From NCBI GenBank assembly GCA_965220965.1, contig OZ244852.1, positions 64,001 to 128,000 on the forward strand: 64,000 nucleotides of DNA, read 5' to 3'. The stretch comes from Candidatus Marinacidobacterium sp. (GTDB taxonomy: Bacteria; Acidobacteriota; Vicinamibacteria; Marinacidobacterales; Marinacidobacteraceae). Every line of letters starts with the position of its first letter. Position 1 is the stretch's first letter. The notes under the pieces are model-generated. The model saw nothing but the letters and a program-made list of their open reading frames with translations. It was not told the DNA's origin and did not search any database. A program made the position numbers and the translations under genes. Shown piece after piece: positions 17,443 through 27,577 of this stretch.

Positions 17443-19079
17443 CCGCGTTCGCTCCGGCGGTTCGTTCCACGGGCGGCCTCCTCGCGTCCCCCGCCGGCCT
17501 CGAGGCCGGGCGCGGGCGCCCGAAGCCGACCGCCGCCGGCCGCCGTCTGGGGCCGCTCCTCGACGAGGCCTTCGAGGGCCGCCCGGGGCTGGTCGCAGGG
17601 CCCGGGTCTCCCGGCGCGGGCGAGGTCACGGTCACCGGCGTGGCCAGCGATTCCCGGCGGCTGGCCCCCGGCCACCTGTTCGTCGCGGTTCCCGGCGCGC
17701 GCTTCGACGGCCACGACTTCCTCGCCGAGGCGCTGGACGCCGGCGCCGCGGCGGCGCTGGTGGAGCGGCCGGGAGGGCCGCCCGGCCTCCCCTGGGTCCA
17801 GGCGCCCGACACCCGGCGGGCCGCCGGTCCGGTGGCGGCGGCCTTCCACGCGCGCCCTTCCCGCCGCATGCGCCTCGTCGGCGTGACCGGGACGAACGGC
17901 AAGACAACGGTGGCCTGGCTCCTCGACCACCTGTTCTCCCGCGCCTTCGGCGGGAGCCTCTTCGCCGGCACCGTCGGTCACCGCCTCCGGATCGCGGACC
18001 GCGAAGTCGACCCGCCGGGCGCCGGCCTCACCACCCGCGAGGCGCCGGAGTTCCAGTCGCTCCTCGCGCGGGCGCGCGCCGCCGGGGTGCGCGCCGGGGC
18101 GGTGGAGTGCTCTTCGCACGGCCTGGCCCAGGCCCGGCTGGACGGAACCGCCTTCGAGGTCGCGGTCTTCACCAACCTGACCCGCGACCACCTCGACTTC
18201 CACGCCGGCTTCGAGGACTACTTCGCCGCCAAGCGGTCGCTGTTCACCCGGCTGCTGCGCCCCGACGGGACCGCGGTGATCACCGCGGACGGGAGCTTCG
18301 GCCCCCGGCTGGCGAAGGAGCTCGAGACCGCCCGCCCCGATGTCCACCGGGTCCTCTTCGGGTCCGGCGCCGGCGCCTCGGTGCGGATCGCGTCGGTGTC
18401 GTCGGACCTGGACGGCCTTCGCGTCACCCTCGACACCGCGGCCGGGACCCAGCAGATCGAGAGCCCGCTGACCGGGGACTTCCACGCCGCGAACCTGGCG
18501 GCGGCGTGGGCGGCGGCGACCGCGCTCGGCGTCCCCGCCGACGAGGCCAGCGCGAGGCTCGGCGAGGTGGGGCCGCCGCCCGGTCGGATGGAGCGGATCG
18601 CTGGCGAGGGCGGCGCCGCCGGCGCGCCGGCGGTCTTCGTCGACTACGCCCACACTCCCGACGCGCTCGCGCGGGCGCTCGCCGCCGCGCGGTGCCTGGT
18701 GGGCGCCGGGCGGCTGACGGTGGTCTTCGGCGCGGGGGGCGACCGCGACCAGGACAAGCGCCCGCTCATGGGAGACGCCGCCGCGCGGCTGGCGGACCGG
18801 GTGGTGCTCACCTCGGACAACCCGAGGAGCGAGGACCCGGCGGCGATCCTCGCCGCGATCCGCCTGGGAGCGGACAACCCGGGGCTCTCGGCGGAGGTCG
18901 AGGAGGAGCCCGACCGGGCCGCCGCCATCGAGGGCGCGGTCGCCCGGGCGGCGCCCGGCGACCTCGTGCTGATCGCCGGGAAGGGGCACGAGACGACGCA
19001 GCAGGTGGGCGATGTCCGCCTGCCCTGCGATGACCGGGCGCTCGCGAAGGCGGCGCTCGAGCGCTGGAGCCCCCGGTGA
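17439..19079 (+). CDS. murE: UDP-MurNAc-tripeptide synthetase (meso-DAP type)
   Basis: GVTGTNGKTT, FTNLTRDHLDFH, VDYAHTPD, SDNPR, AGKGHE. Confidence 0.95.
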   Translation: MTAFAPAVRSTGGLLASPAGLEAGRGRPKPTAAGRRLGPLLDEAFEGRPGLVAGPGSPGAGEVTVTGVASDSRRLAPGHLFVAVPGARFDGHDFLAEALDAGAAAALVERPGGPPGLPWVQAPDTRRAAGPVAAAFHARPSRRMRLVGVTGTNGKTTVAWLLDHLFSRAFGGSLFAGTVGHRLRIADREVDPPGAGLTTREAPEFQSLLARARAAGVRAGAVECSSHGLAQARLDGTAFEVAVFTNLTRDHLDFHAGFEDYFAAKRSLFTRLLRPDGTAVITADGSFGPRLAKELETARPDVHRVLFGSGAGASVRIASVSSDLDGLRVTLDTAAGTQQIESPLTGDFHAANLAAAWAAATALGVPADEASARLGEVGPPPGRMERIAGEGGAAGAPAVFVDYAHTPDALARALAAARCLVGAGRLTVVFGAGGDRDQDKRPLMGDAAARLADRVVLTSDNPRSEDPAAILAAIRLGADNPGLSAEVEEEPDRAAAIEGAVARAAPGDLVLIAGKGHETTQQVGDVRLPCDDRALAKAALERWSPR

Positions 19080-20482
19080 AGACGACCGCGGAAGCCGCCG
19101 CCCGCGCCATGTCGGGGGAGCTCTCGGGTCCGGATGAAGCCGGAAGCCGTCCGCTCGAGGGCGTGTCGATCGACAGCCGCACGATCCGGCCCGGGGAGCT
19201 CTTCTTCGCGGTCCGCGGGGCGCGGCTCGACGGGCACGACTTCGTCCCGGCGGCGTTCGCCGGCGGCGCCGCCGGCGCGGTCGTGAGCCGGGAGTTCCGG
19301 GGTTCTCCCCCGTCGCCCCCCGGGTTTCTGATCCGGGTGCCGGACACCACCGCCGCCCTCGGCGAGTTGGCGCGCCGCGACCGTCTGGAGAGCGGCGCCC
19401 GCATCGTCGCGATCACCGGAAGCGTCGGGAAGACCACCACCAAGGAGGCGGCCGCGGCCGCGCTGGGCTCGACCTGGCCGGTCTTCCGCTCGCGCGGCAA
19501 CCACAACAACCAGTGGGGCCTGCCGCTCTCGCTCCTCGCCCGCCGGGACGAAACGGTGGGCGTCGTCGAGCTCGGGATGTCGGCGGCGGGCGAGATCGCG
19601 GAACTGACGCGGATCGCGGCGCCGGACTGCGGCGTGATCACCCGGGTGGCGGAGGCTCACCTCGAGTCCTTCGGTTCGCTCGAAGGGATCGCGGCGGCCA
19701 AGGGGGAGCTCTTCGACACGATGGGGCCGGACGCGGTGTCGGTCGTGAACCGGGACGACGACCGCGTTCGCGCGCTGGGGCGCCGCCGCCGGGAGCGGGC
19801 CCCGGGAGCGAAGCAGGTCGCCTACGGGTTCGCCGCCGGCGCCGATGTCGAGGGGCGCGGCTACCGGGCGGGACCGGGCGGGCTGGCCTTCGAGGCCCGC
19901 GCGTTCTCCGGGCGCTGGACTCCGGTCTCCTGTGGCCTCGCCGGCCGCCACAACGCCTCGAACGTGCTCGGCGGGCTGGCCGCCGCCGCCGCGATGGGCG
20001 CGCCTTTCGAGGCCGCCGCCGCAGCCGTCGAAACGCTGGCGCCGCTCCCCGGACGGGGACGCCGCGTCCGCCATCCCAGCGGGGCCATCCTCTGGGACGA
20101 GACCTACAACTCCTCGCCCACCGCGCTCCGCAGTCTGGTCGCCGAGCTGGCGGCGACGCCCGCCCGCCGCCGGATCCTGGTGGCCGGCGACATGCTCGAA
20201 CTCGGCGAGCGGGCGGAGGAGCTCCACGCCGCCTGCGGGGCCGCGGCGCGGGACGCCGGACTCGATCTGGTGGTGGGCGTGGGGCCGCTCGGAGGCGCGC
20301 TGGCGGCGGCCGCCGGGGACTCCGGCCCGGACGCCAGGCCCCGGGCGCTGGCGGCGGACTCGGTCGAGGCCGCCGCCTCCCTCCTCGAGGACGAACTCGG
20401 CCCGGGCGATCTGGCGCTGTTCAAGGCGTCGAGGTCGGTCGGGCTCGAAGCCGCCGTCAAGCGGCTCAGCGCGAGGGACTGA
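19076..20482 (+). CDS. murF: UDP-MurNAc-pentapeptide synthetase
   Basis: ITGSVGKTTTKE, NHNNQWGLP, DETYNSSP, GDMLELG, FKASR. Confidence 0.95.
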   Translation: MKTTAEAAARAMSGELSGPDEAGSRPLEGVSIDSRTIRPGELFFAVRGARLDGHDFVPAAFAGGAAGAVVSREFRGSPPSPPGFLIRVPDTTAALGELARRDRLESGARIVAITGSVGKTTTKEAAAAALGSTWPVFRSRGNHNNQWGLPLSLLARRDETVGVVELGMSAAGEIAELTRIAAPDCGVITRVAEAHLESFGSLEGIAAAKGELFDTMGPDAVSVVNRDDDRVRALGRRRRERAPGAKQVAYGFAAGADVEGRGYRAGPGGLAFEARAFSGRWTPVSCGLAGRHNASNVLGGLAAAAAMGAPFEAAAAAVETLAPLPGRGRRVRHPSGAILWDETYNSSPTALRSLVAELAATPARRRILVAGDMLELGERAEELHAACGAAARDAGLDLVVGVGPLGGALAAAAGDSGPDARPRALAADSVEAAASLLEDELGPGDLALFKASRSVGLEAAVKRLSARD

Positions 20483-20492
20483 GGGCCTCATC

Positions 20493-21572
20493 GTGATCGG
20501 AGAACTGCTTTACGGCCTCGCGGACGAGTGGACCGTGTTCAACGTGTTCCGCTACGTCTCGGTGCGCGCGGCGGCGGCCGCCGCGACCGCGATCGTCGCC
20601 TCGCTGGTCGCCGGGCCGTTCGTGATCCGGTGGCTGACCCGCCTGCGGATCGGCGAGACGATCCGCGACGACGGGCCGTCGCACCACCGGTCCAAGGCGG
20701 GGACGCCGACGATGGGCGGCGTCCTGGTGGTGGGCGCCGTCCTCGCGTCCACCGTGGCCTGGGCCGATCCCGCCAACGTGCTGGTGTGGGCCGCGGTGCT
20801 GACGACCCTCGGCTACGGAGCGCTCGGTTTCGTGGATGACTGGAACAAGCTCCAGCGCCGCAAGGGGATCTCCGCCCGCACCAAGATGGCGATCCAGATC
20901 CTCCTCGCGCTCGCCACCGGGGCGTTCCTCTACTTCTACGCCGGAACCGGCGGCTTCACCACCCAGGTCGTCTTCCCGTTCGCCAAGGAGTTCCAGCCCG
21001 AGCTCGGCTGGCTGCTCATCCCGGCCGTCATCCTGGTGCTGGTCGCCTCCTCGAACGCCGTCAACCTGACCGACGGGCTGGACGGGCTCGCCGCCGGATG
21101 CGTCCTGGTGGCCGCCTCGGTCTACACCGCGTTCACGTATCTGGCGGGGCACGCCGAGTTCTCGGCCTACCTCGACATCCGCCACGTCCCCGGCGCATCC
21201 GAGGTGACCATCTTCGGCGCCTCGCTCGTGGGGGCGGCGCTCGGGTTCCTGTGGTTCAACGCCCACCCGGCGCGGGTCTTCATGGGAGACGTGGGATCGC
21301 TCGCGCTGGGGGCTGCCATCGGGATGCAGGCGATCCTGATCCGGCAGGAAATGCTCCTGGTCGTCGTCGGGGGCGTCTTCGTCCTCGAGGCGATGTCGGT
21401 GATCCTCCAGGTGGGGGGTTTCAAGCTCACCGGGCGGCGGCTGTTCCGGATGGCCCCGCTGCACCACCACTTCGAACTCGCGGGCTGGAAGGAGTCCCAG
21501 ATCAGCGTGCGGTTCTGGATCCTCGCGGTCCTGTGCGCGCTCGCCGCGCTGACGACGCTGAAGCTGCGCTGA
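20493..21572 (+). CDS. mraY: Phospho-MurNAc-pentapeptide transferase
   Basis: KAGTPTMGG, NAVNLTDGLDGLA, FMGDVGS, MAPLHHHFEL. Confidence 0.96.
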   Translation: MIGELLYGLADEWTVFNVFRYVSVRAAAAAATAIVASLVAGPFVIRWLTRLRIGETIRDDGPSHHRSKAGTPTMGGVLVVGAVLASTVAWADPANVLVWAAVLTTLGYGALGFVDDWNKLQRRKGISARTKMAIQILLALATGAFLYFYAGTGGFTTQVVFPFAKEFQPELGWLLIPAVILVLVASSNAVNLTDGLDGLAAGCVLVAASVYTAFTYLAGHAEFSAYLDIRHVPGASEVTIFGASLVGAALGFLWFNAHPARVFMGDVGSLALGAAIGMQAILIRQEMLLVVVGGVFVLEAMSVILQVGGFKLTGRRLFRMAPLHHHFELAGWKESQISVRFWILAVLCALAALTTLKLR

Positions 21573-21576
21573 GACG

Positions 21577-23058
21577 ATGGTCCGCTCCTCTCCGCCCGGG
21601 ATCCCCGAGGGCGGGGTTCTCGTGCTCGGCGCCGGGGTCAGCGGTCTGGCGGCGGCCCGGTTCCTCGCGTCCGGGGGTCGTCCGGTGGCCGTCGTCGATG
21701 ACCGCCCGGCGGAGGAGATCGAGCGCGCGGAGGACTTCCGGAGCCTTGGCGTCCGCCTCCTGGGCGGCGGCATCCCGGCGACTCCCCCCGAAGACGTCCG
21801 GCTCATCGTGGCGAGTCCCGGGATCCTCCCCTCGGCGCCCATCTTCCGGGCCGCCGGGGAGGCCGGGGTCCCGGTGTGGGGCGAGCTCGAACTCGGCTAC
21901 CGGGCGCTCGGCGAGCCGGCGGAGCGGATCGTCGCGGTGACCGGCACCAAGGGGAAGTCCAGCGTCGTGACGCTGATCGCCGAGGCGCTTCGCCGCGAGG
22001 GGGTCCCCGCCGTCGCGGCCGGCAACCTGGGCACGCCGCTGACCCGGTTCGCGGCGGAGGACCCGGATGAGGCGTCCGGTTCCGCCGGGCCCGGGCCGGA
22101 CCCGGTGTTCGTGGTCGAGGCGTCCAGCTTCCAGTTGGCCCGGATCGAGCGGTTCCGCCCGCGGGTGGCGGTGCTCCTCGCGGTGTCCGGCGACCATCTC
22201 GACTGGCACCCCGACCTCGATCATTACCGCAGCTCCAAGGCGCAGCTCTTCCGCAACCAGACGGCGGAGGACTGGGTCGTCTTCGACGGCCGCGATGAGG
22301 TGGCCTCGGGGATCGCCCGCGCCGCCGTCCGCCGGACCGGCGCGCACCCGCTCCCGTTCGGCGATCCGGACGCCGCCGCCGACCCGGCGGTCGTGATGGA
22401 GGACGGCGCCCGGGGCCGGGCGCTGCGCCGCGACGGATCGCGGCTCACCCCGCTCGCCCGTTTCGCGGCGCTCCGCGTCCCCGGGGCCCACGCCCGCCGG
22501 AATCTCGCGGCGGCGGCCGCGGCGGCGAGCGTCTTCGGCGCGGGCCAGGAGGCGATCGAGGCGTCCGCCCGCGCCTTCGAGGGAATGCCCTATGCCCTCG
22601 AGGAGGTCGGGACGGTCGACGGGGTGCGCTTCGTGAACGACTCGCGCGCCACCTCTCTCGCGGCGACGACCGCCGCGCTCGAGGCGCTCGCGGAGGAGGT
22701 CCCGCCGCGATCGGTCGGCCTCATCCTCGGCGGGATCCTCAAGGCGGGCCGCTACCGGGATCTCGAAGGCAACCTGGACCGCGTCGCCGGCGTATGGGCG
22801 ATCGGCCAGAGCCGCTCGCGGGTCGCGGATGACATCGAAAGCGTTCCGGTCACGCTCTGCGACAGCCTCGAAGAGGCCGTCCGGGGCGCGTTCGACGCCG
22901 TCCGGGAGCGCGGCGCGGCGGCGAGCGGCGAAGGCCGCGGCGTCGTCCTCCTTTCCCCCGGCTGCTCCAGCTTCGACCAGTTCGCCAGCTACGCCCGACG
23001 GGGCCAGGCGTTCGCCGAGGTCGCCCGCGACCTGGGCGCCCGGGAGGTCGTCGGGTGA
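21577..23058 (+). CDS. murD: UDP-MurNAc-L-Ala:D-Glu ligase
   Basis: AGNLG, EASSFQL, DHLDWH, LLSPGCSSFDQF; dcw position. Confidence 0.92.
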   Translation: MVRSSPPGIPEGGVLVLGAGVSGLAAARFLASGGRPVAVVDDRPAEEIERAEDFRSLGVRLLGGGIPATPPEDVRLIVASPGILPSAPIFRAAGEAGVPVWGELELGYRALGEPAERIVAVTGTKGKSSVVTLIAEALRREGVPAVAAGNLGTPLTRFAAEDPDEASGSAGPGPDPVFVVEASSFQLARIERFRPRVAVLLAVSGDHLDWHPDLDHYRSSKAQLFRNQTAEDWVVFDGRDEVASGIARAAVRRTGAHPLPFGDPDAAADPAVVMEDGARGRALRRDGSRLTPLARFAALRVPGAHARRNLAAAAAAASVFGAGQEAIEASARAFEGMPYALEEVGTVDGVRFVNDSRATSLAATTAALEALAEEVPPRSVGLILGGILKAGRYRDLEGNLDRVAGVWAIGQSRSRVADDIESVPVTLCDSLEEAVRGAFDAVRERGAAASGEGRGVVLLSPGCSSFDQFASYARRGQAFAEVARDLGAREVVG

Positions 23059-24140
23059 GCGGGCGCAGGATGGCGCCCGACGGGTGGCTGTTCGCCGGGA
23101 CCGTGCTCCTGCTCGGTTTCGGGCTCGTCATGCTCTACAGCGCCTCGGTCTTCGTCGCCGAGGCCAATGCGCAGGAGCCCGGCTGGTTCTTCGCGCGGCA
23201 GGCGGTCTGGGCGGCGCTGGGGTCGGTCGCCATGCTGCTGCTGGCGCGCTCGGACTACCGCGTCCTGGACCGGGCCGGCGTCCCCTGGCTGCTGTTTGCG
23301 GTCGTGGTCGTCGCGCTGGTGATCGCGCTCCTCTCCGCGCCGATCAACAGCGCCCACCGGTGGGTGCGGATCGCCGGGTTCGCCTTCCAGCCGTCGGAGC
23401 CGGCGAAGCTCGCGCTCGTTCTGCTCCTCGCCCACCTGTTCTCCCAGCGGAGCGGGGAGACGCTGCGCGGGTTGGCGACGCCGCTCGCGGTGACCGCCGT
23501 GCTCGTGGGGCTGATCTTCGTCCAGCCGGACCTGGGGACCGCCACCTTCGTGGGGCTGGTTGGGGCGGCGATGGCCTTCCTCGGCGGCGCCCGGCTCCTC
23601 CATCTGGCGGCGCTCTCCGCCGGCTGCGTCGCGCTCTTCGCCGCCGGGGTGATGACCGCCGACTACCGGGTGGCGCGGATCCTCGCCTTTCTGGATCCGT
23701 TCGGGGATCCGCTGGGCCAGGGCTTCCAGCTCAGCCAGTCGCTCATCGCGCTGGGAAGCGGCGGGGTCACCGGGGTCGGCTTCACCGCCAGCCAGCAGAA
23801 GCTGCTCTATCTCCCCGAGCCCCACTCCGACTTCGTGTTCGCGGTGATCGGAGAGGAACTCGGGCTCCTCGGAACCGGTCTGCTCGTTGTCGCCTTCCTC
23901 GCCTTCGCGCTCCGCGGCATCCAGGTCTCGCTCCGCGCGCTCGACCGGTTCGGGATGCTCCTCGGGATCGGCGCGGTCCTGATCGTGGCGCTCCAGGCCT
24001 TCCTCAACGTGAGCGTCGCCACCGGGCTCGTTCCCACCACCGGGATCCCGCTGCCGTTCGTTTCGGCGGGGGGATCCTCGCTGCTGACCACGCTGGCGGC
24101 CGCCGGCCTCCTCCTCTCGGTCTCGCAGAGGGCGTCCTAG
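23055..24140 (+). CDS. ftsW: SEDS peptidoglycan polymerase FtsW
   Basis: FQPSEPAK, QPDLGT, LPEPHSDF, GEELG, PFVSAGGSS. Confidence 0.95.
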   Translation: MSGRRMAPDGWLFAGTVLLLGFGLVMLYSASVFVAEANAQEPGWFFARQAVWAALGSVAMLLLARSDYRVLDRAGVPWLLFAVVVVALVIALLSAPINSAHRWVRIAGFAFQPSEPAKLALVLLLAHLFSQRSGETLRGLATPLAVTAVLVGLIFVQPDLGTATFVGLVGAAMAFLGGARLLHLAALSAGCVALFAAGVMTADYRVARILAFLDPFGDPLGQGFQLSQSLIALGSGGVTGVGFTASQQKLLYLPEPHSDFVFAVIGEELGLLGTGLLVVAFLAFALRGIQVSLRALDRFGMLLGIGAVLIVALQAFLNVSVATGLVPTTGIPLPFVSAGGSSLLTTLAAAGLLLSVSQRAS

Positions 24141-24144
24141 CCGC

Positions 24145-25221
24145 ATGCGCCTGCTCGTCGCGGCCGCCGGAAGCGGGGGCCACATCTACCCCGGTCTGGC
24201 GGTGGCGTCCGCCGTGACCGAGGCGCGGGAGGCGGAGGTGCTGTTCGTCGGCACGTCCGCCGGCATGGAGTCGCGGATCGTGCCCGCCCACGGAATGCCG
24301 CTGGAGCTGACCCGGGTGCCGCGTCTTCGGGGCCGTTCGCTCTCGCGACTCGCCCTCGCGCTTCTCGATCTCGGCCCGTCGCTCTACCGGATGCGCCGGC
24401 TGATCCGCCGGTTCCGGCCGGATGTCCTCTTCGGGACCGGCGGATCGGTCTCGGGCGTCGCGACCCTCGCGGCGCGACTCTGCCGCGTTCCCTCGCTCAT
24501 CCTGGAACCGAACGCCCAGCCCGGTCTCGCGACCCGCTGGAGCGCCCCCTTCGCCACCCGCCTGGCGCTCGGGTGGGAAGGCCCCCTGATCCGGCGCCAT
24601 CGGCAGGCGTTCCTTTCCGGGATCCCGGTTCGCGCGGAGTTCTTCCGGATGGCCCCGCCCCCCGGCGAGCTCTCCGACGAGGTCTCGGTGCTCGTCACCG
24701 GGGGCAGTCAGGGCGCATCCCGGCTCAACCGGCTGGTGACCGCGTCGCTCGCTCACCTCTCCGGGATGACGAGACCCCTCCGGATCACCCACCAGTGCGG
24801 CCCGGTCGACGAAGCCCGGGTCCGCGCCGCCTACGAGAGCGCCGGGCTGGCGGCCGCCGTCACTTCCTACATCGAAGACATGCCCCGCGCGATGGAGGCC
24901 GCCGACATCGTGGTGGGCCGGGCGGGCGCGATCACCTGCGCCGAGGTCATGGCCAGTGGCCGGGCGGCGATCCTCGTTCCCGCGCCGGTGGCCGGCGCGC
25001 ACCAGCGGGACAACGCCGAGACGCTCGCCGCCGCCGGCGCCGCCATCGTCCTGGACGAAATGGCGGCGCCCGGCGAGTTCGCCCGGGAGCTCGCCGGGCT
25101 CGCCAACAACCCCGAGCGCCGACAGTACATGGCGAGGACGGCCTCCAGGCTCGTTTCGGCGTCGGCGACGGCGCGGCTGTCGGCCGAACTCCTGCAACTG
25201 GCGGAGGAGCCCGCCCCGTGA
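24145..25221 (+). CDS. murG: Lipid II GlcNAc transferase
   Basis: GSGGHIYPG, GGSQGA, GRAGA, HQRDNA. Confidence 0.94.
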   Translation: MRLLVAAAGSGGHIYPGLAVASAVTEAREAEVLFVGTSAGMESRIVPAHGMPLELTRVPRLRGRSLSRLALALLDLGPSLYRMRRLIRRFRPDVLFGTGGSVSGVATLAARLCRVPSLILEPNAQPGLATRWSAPFATRLALGWEGPLIRRHRQAFLSGIPVRAEFFRMAPPPGELSDEVSVLVTGGSQGASRLNRLVTASLAHLSGMTRPLRITHQCGPVDEARVRAAYESAGLAAAVTSYIEDMPRAMEAADIVVGRAGAITCAEVMASGRAAILVPAPVAGAHQRDNAETLAAAGAAIVLDEMAAPGEFARELAGLANNPERRQYMARTASRLVSASATARLSAELLQLAEEPAP

Positions 25222-26657
25222 CCCGCGACCGGCGCGCCGTCTCCGCCGGGGAGGCCCGGCAGGGGCTCCTCTTCCCCCTGCGCACCCGGGTCCACTTCGT
25301 GGGCATCGGCGGGGTCGGGATGAGCGGCATCGCCGAGGTGCTGCTCAACCTGGGGTACCCGGTGAGCGGTTCCGACCTGCGCTTCGGCCCCACCGCCCGC
25401 CGCCTCGCCGACCTCGGGGCCCTCGTCTTCGAGGGACACGCCGCGGAGCACGTGGAGGGGTGCGATGTGGTCGTCGTCTCCTCCGCCGTTCCCGACGACA
25501 ACCCGGAGGTTCTCCGGGCCCGCGAGCGCCACCTCCCGATCATCCCGCGCGCCGAGATGCTCGCCGAGCTCATGCGGATGAAGTTCGCGGTGGCGGTCGC
25601 CGGCTCCCACGGCAAGACGACGACCACCACGATGATCTCGGCGCTGCTCGACCACGCCGGCCTCGACCCGACGATGGTCGTCGGCGGACGGGTGGCCGCC
25701 ATCGGAAGCGGCGTCCGGCTGGGGAAGTCCGAGATCCTGGTCGCCGAGGCGGACGAGTCGGACCGCACCTTCCTGCGGCTCCTGCCGGTCGTGGCGGTGG
25801 TGACCGGCATCGACCGGGAACACCTCGACGCCTACACCGACATGGGGGATCTCTGCGACTCGTTCCTCCAGTTCGTCAACATGACCCCGTTCTACGGAGC
25901 GGTCGTGCTCTGCCTCGACGACGGGCGCCTCCGGGAGCTTCTCCCCCGGATCCGCCGCCGGGTCGTGACCTACGGCCTCGGCGAGGAGGCCGACGTGACC
26001 GCGACCGGGATCGAGATCACCGCGACCGGCTCGCGCTACCGCCTGCAGATCCGCGGGGGACTCGCCGGCGAGGTCCGGCTCTGCCAGCCCGGGGTGACCG
26101 CGGTGGTGAACAGCCTGGCGGCGGCGGCGGTGGGACTCGAGTTCGGAGTCGGGGGCCGCGACCTCGCCGCCGGTCTCTCGGCCTATCCGGGTGTGGACCG
26201 GAGGTTCCAGCACCGGGGCTCGGCGGCCGGCGTCCGGGTCGTGGACGACTACGCCCACCACCCGACGGAGATCCGCGCGACGCTCGCCGCGGCGCGGGCG
26301 GGCGGCCCGGCCCGGACGGTGGCGATCTTCCAGCCGCACCGCTACACCCGCGTCGAAGCGCTCCACGCCGACTTCTGCGAGGCGTTCGGCGACGCCGACC
26401 TGGCGGCGGTGACCGACATCTACCCGGCGGGCGAGGCGCCGCTTCCCGGGGTGGACGGAGAGAGCCTCGCCGCCGGGATCCGCGCGGCCGGCCATCCGGA
26501 CGCCCGCTACGTCGGGTCGCTCGAGGCCGCAGCCGAGCGGATCGTCCCCGACCTCGAGAGCGGCGACCTCGTCCTGACGCTCGGGGCGGGAAGCATCACC
26601 ACCCTCCCCGACCGCCTCCTGGAGGCGCTCCGCGCCCGGGAAGGCGTGAGCGGCTGA
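25218..26657 (+). CDS. murC: UDP-MurNAc:L-Ala ligase
   Basis: HFVGIGGVGMSGIA, AGSHGKTTTT, EADESD, DDYAHHPTE, FQPHRYTR. Confidence 0.96.
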   Translation: MTRDRRAVSAGEARQGLLFPLRTRVHFVGIGGVGMSGIAEVLLNLGYPVSGSDLRFGPTARRLADLGALVFEGHAAEHVEGCDVVVVSSAVPDDNPEVLRARERHLPIIPRAEMLAELMRMKFAVAVAGSHGKTTTTTMISALLDHAGLDPTMVVGGRVAAIGSGVRLGKSEILVAEADESDRTFLRLLPVVAVVTGIDREHLDAYTDMGDLCDSFLQFVNMTPFYGAVVLCLDDGRLRELLPRIRRRVVTYGLGEEADVTATGIEITATGSRYRLQIRGGLAGEVRLCQPGVTAVVNSLAAAAVGLEFGVGGRDLAAGLSAYPGVDRRFQHRGSAAGVRVVDDYAHHPTEIRATLAAARAGGPARTVAIFQPHRYTRVEALHADFCEAFGDADLAAVTDIYPAGEAPLPGVDGESLAAGIRAAGHPDARYVGSLEAAAERIVPDLESGDLVLTLGAGSITTLPDRLLEALRAREGVSG

Positions 26658-26659
26658 CG

Positions 26660-27577
26660 ATGCGGATCAGGGAACGCGCCCCGGCGGCGCCGCCCGAACT
26701 GCGCCTCCTGCTGGACGGCGAGCGTCGGAGCCGGGGGCCGGATGCGCGGCTGATCGTCCCGCGGGCGCCCGAGCGCGGGGTGGTCGTCGTCCTGCTGCGG
26801 GTGGGGGCCGCGTCGCTGGCGCTCGTCCTCCTGCTCGGGATCCTGCTGGGACTCGCCTTCGCCGGGGAGATGGACCCGGTCGCGCCGGAGATCGCGATCC
26901 ACGGGCCGGGCCGGCTGGCCCCCGGAGAGGTTCGCGCGCTGCTCGGCTCGCCGCCGGTGACCGACGCCGTCACCGTGAGGTCCCGGCTCCTCTCGACCGG
27001 GTTGCTGGCCGAGGTGGTCGCCGAGGGAAGCGCGTTCGGGAGGCTGCGGGTCCGGGCCACCGAAAAGCGCGCGGTCGCGCTGGTCGACGCCGATCCGCCG
27101 CTGGCGCTGGCCGCCGACGGAACCGTGCTGGGCCGGGCGACGGCGGCGGACCTCGACTGGTCGGAGGCGACCGACCTGCCGGTGGTCCAGGGGGTCTTCG
27201 CCGCGGACGGGACGGCGTCCCGGTCCGGAAGCTGGGCGCCGCCCGAAGCCGGCGGCGCGCTGCGCCTGGCCTCGCGCCTGGCGGGCGAGCTGCGGCGGCG
27301 CCCGCGGCTCGACCGGCTCGTTTCCGAGATCCGCGTCGACCGGGGGCCGCTCGAAGTCATCGCGGTGACGCGGCCGGGCGGACTCGAGGTGCTTCTGACC
27401 CGGGACCGGTTCCTCGCCGGCCTCGAGGTCGTGGCGGGCGTGCTTCCGGCGCTGACCGCCAGGTGGCCGGATCTTGCGGGGATCGATGCGCGCGCGCCGG
27501 ACCGGCTGTTCCTGACCGAAGCGCAACCCGCTCCGGCCGAAACGCGTCCGGACGAACAAGGAGGGAGCCAGCCGTGA
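26660..27577 (+). CDS. ftsQ: Divergent cell division protein FtsQ/DivIB
   Basis: Single TM, POTRA-like region, LPVVQG, terminal IDAR; lies between murC and ftsA. Confidence 0.65.
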   Translation: MRIRERAPAAPPELRLLLDGERRSRGPDARLIVPRAPERGVVVVLLRVGAASLALVLLLGILLGLAFAGEMDPVAPEIAIHGPGRLAPGEVRALLGSPPVTDAVTVRSRLLSTGLLAEVVAEGSAFGRLRVRATEKRAVALVDADPPLALAADGTVLGRATAADLDWSEATDLPVVQGVFAADGTASRSGSWAPPEAGGALRLASRLAGELRRRPRLDRLVSEIRVDRGPLEVIAVTRPGGLEVLLTRDRFLAGLEVVAGVLPALTARWPDLAGIDARAPDRLFLTEAQPAPAETRPDEQGGSQP

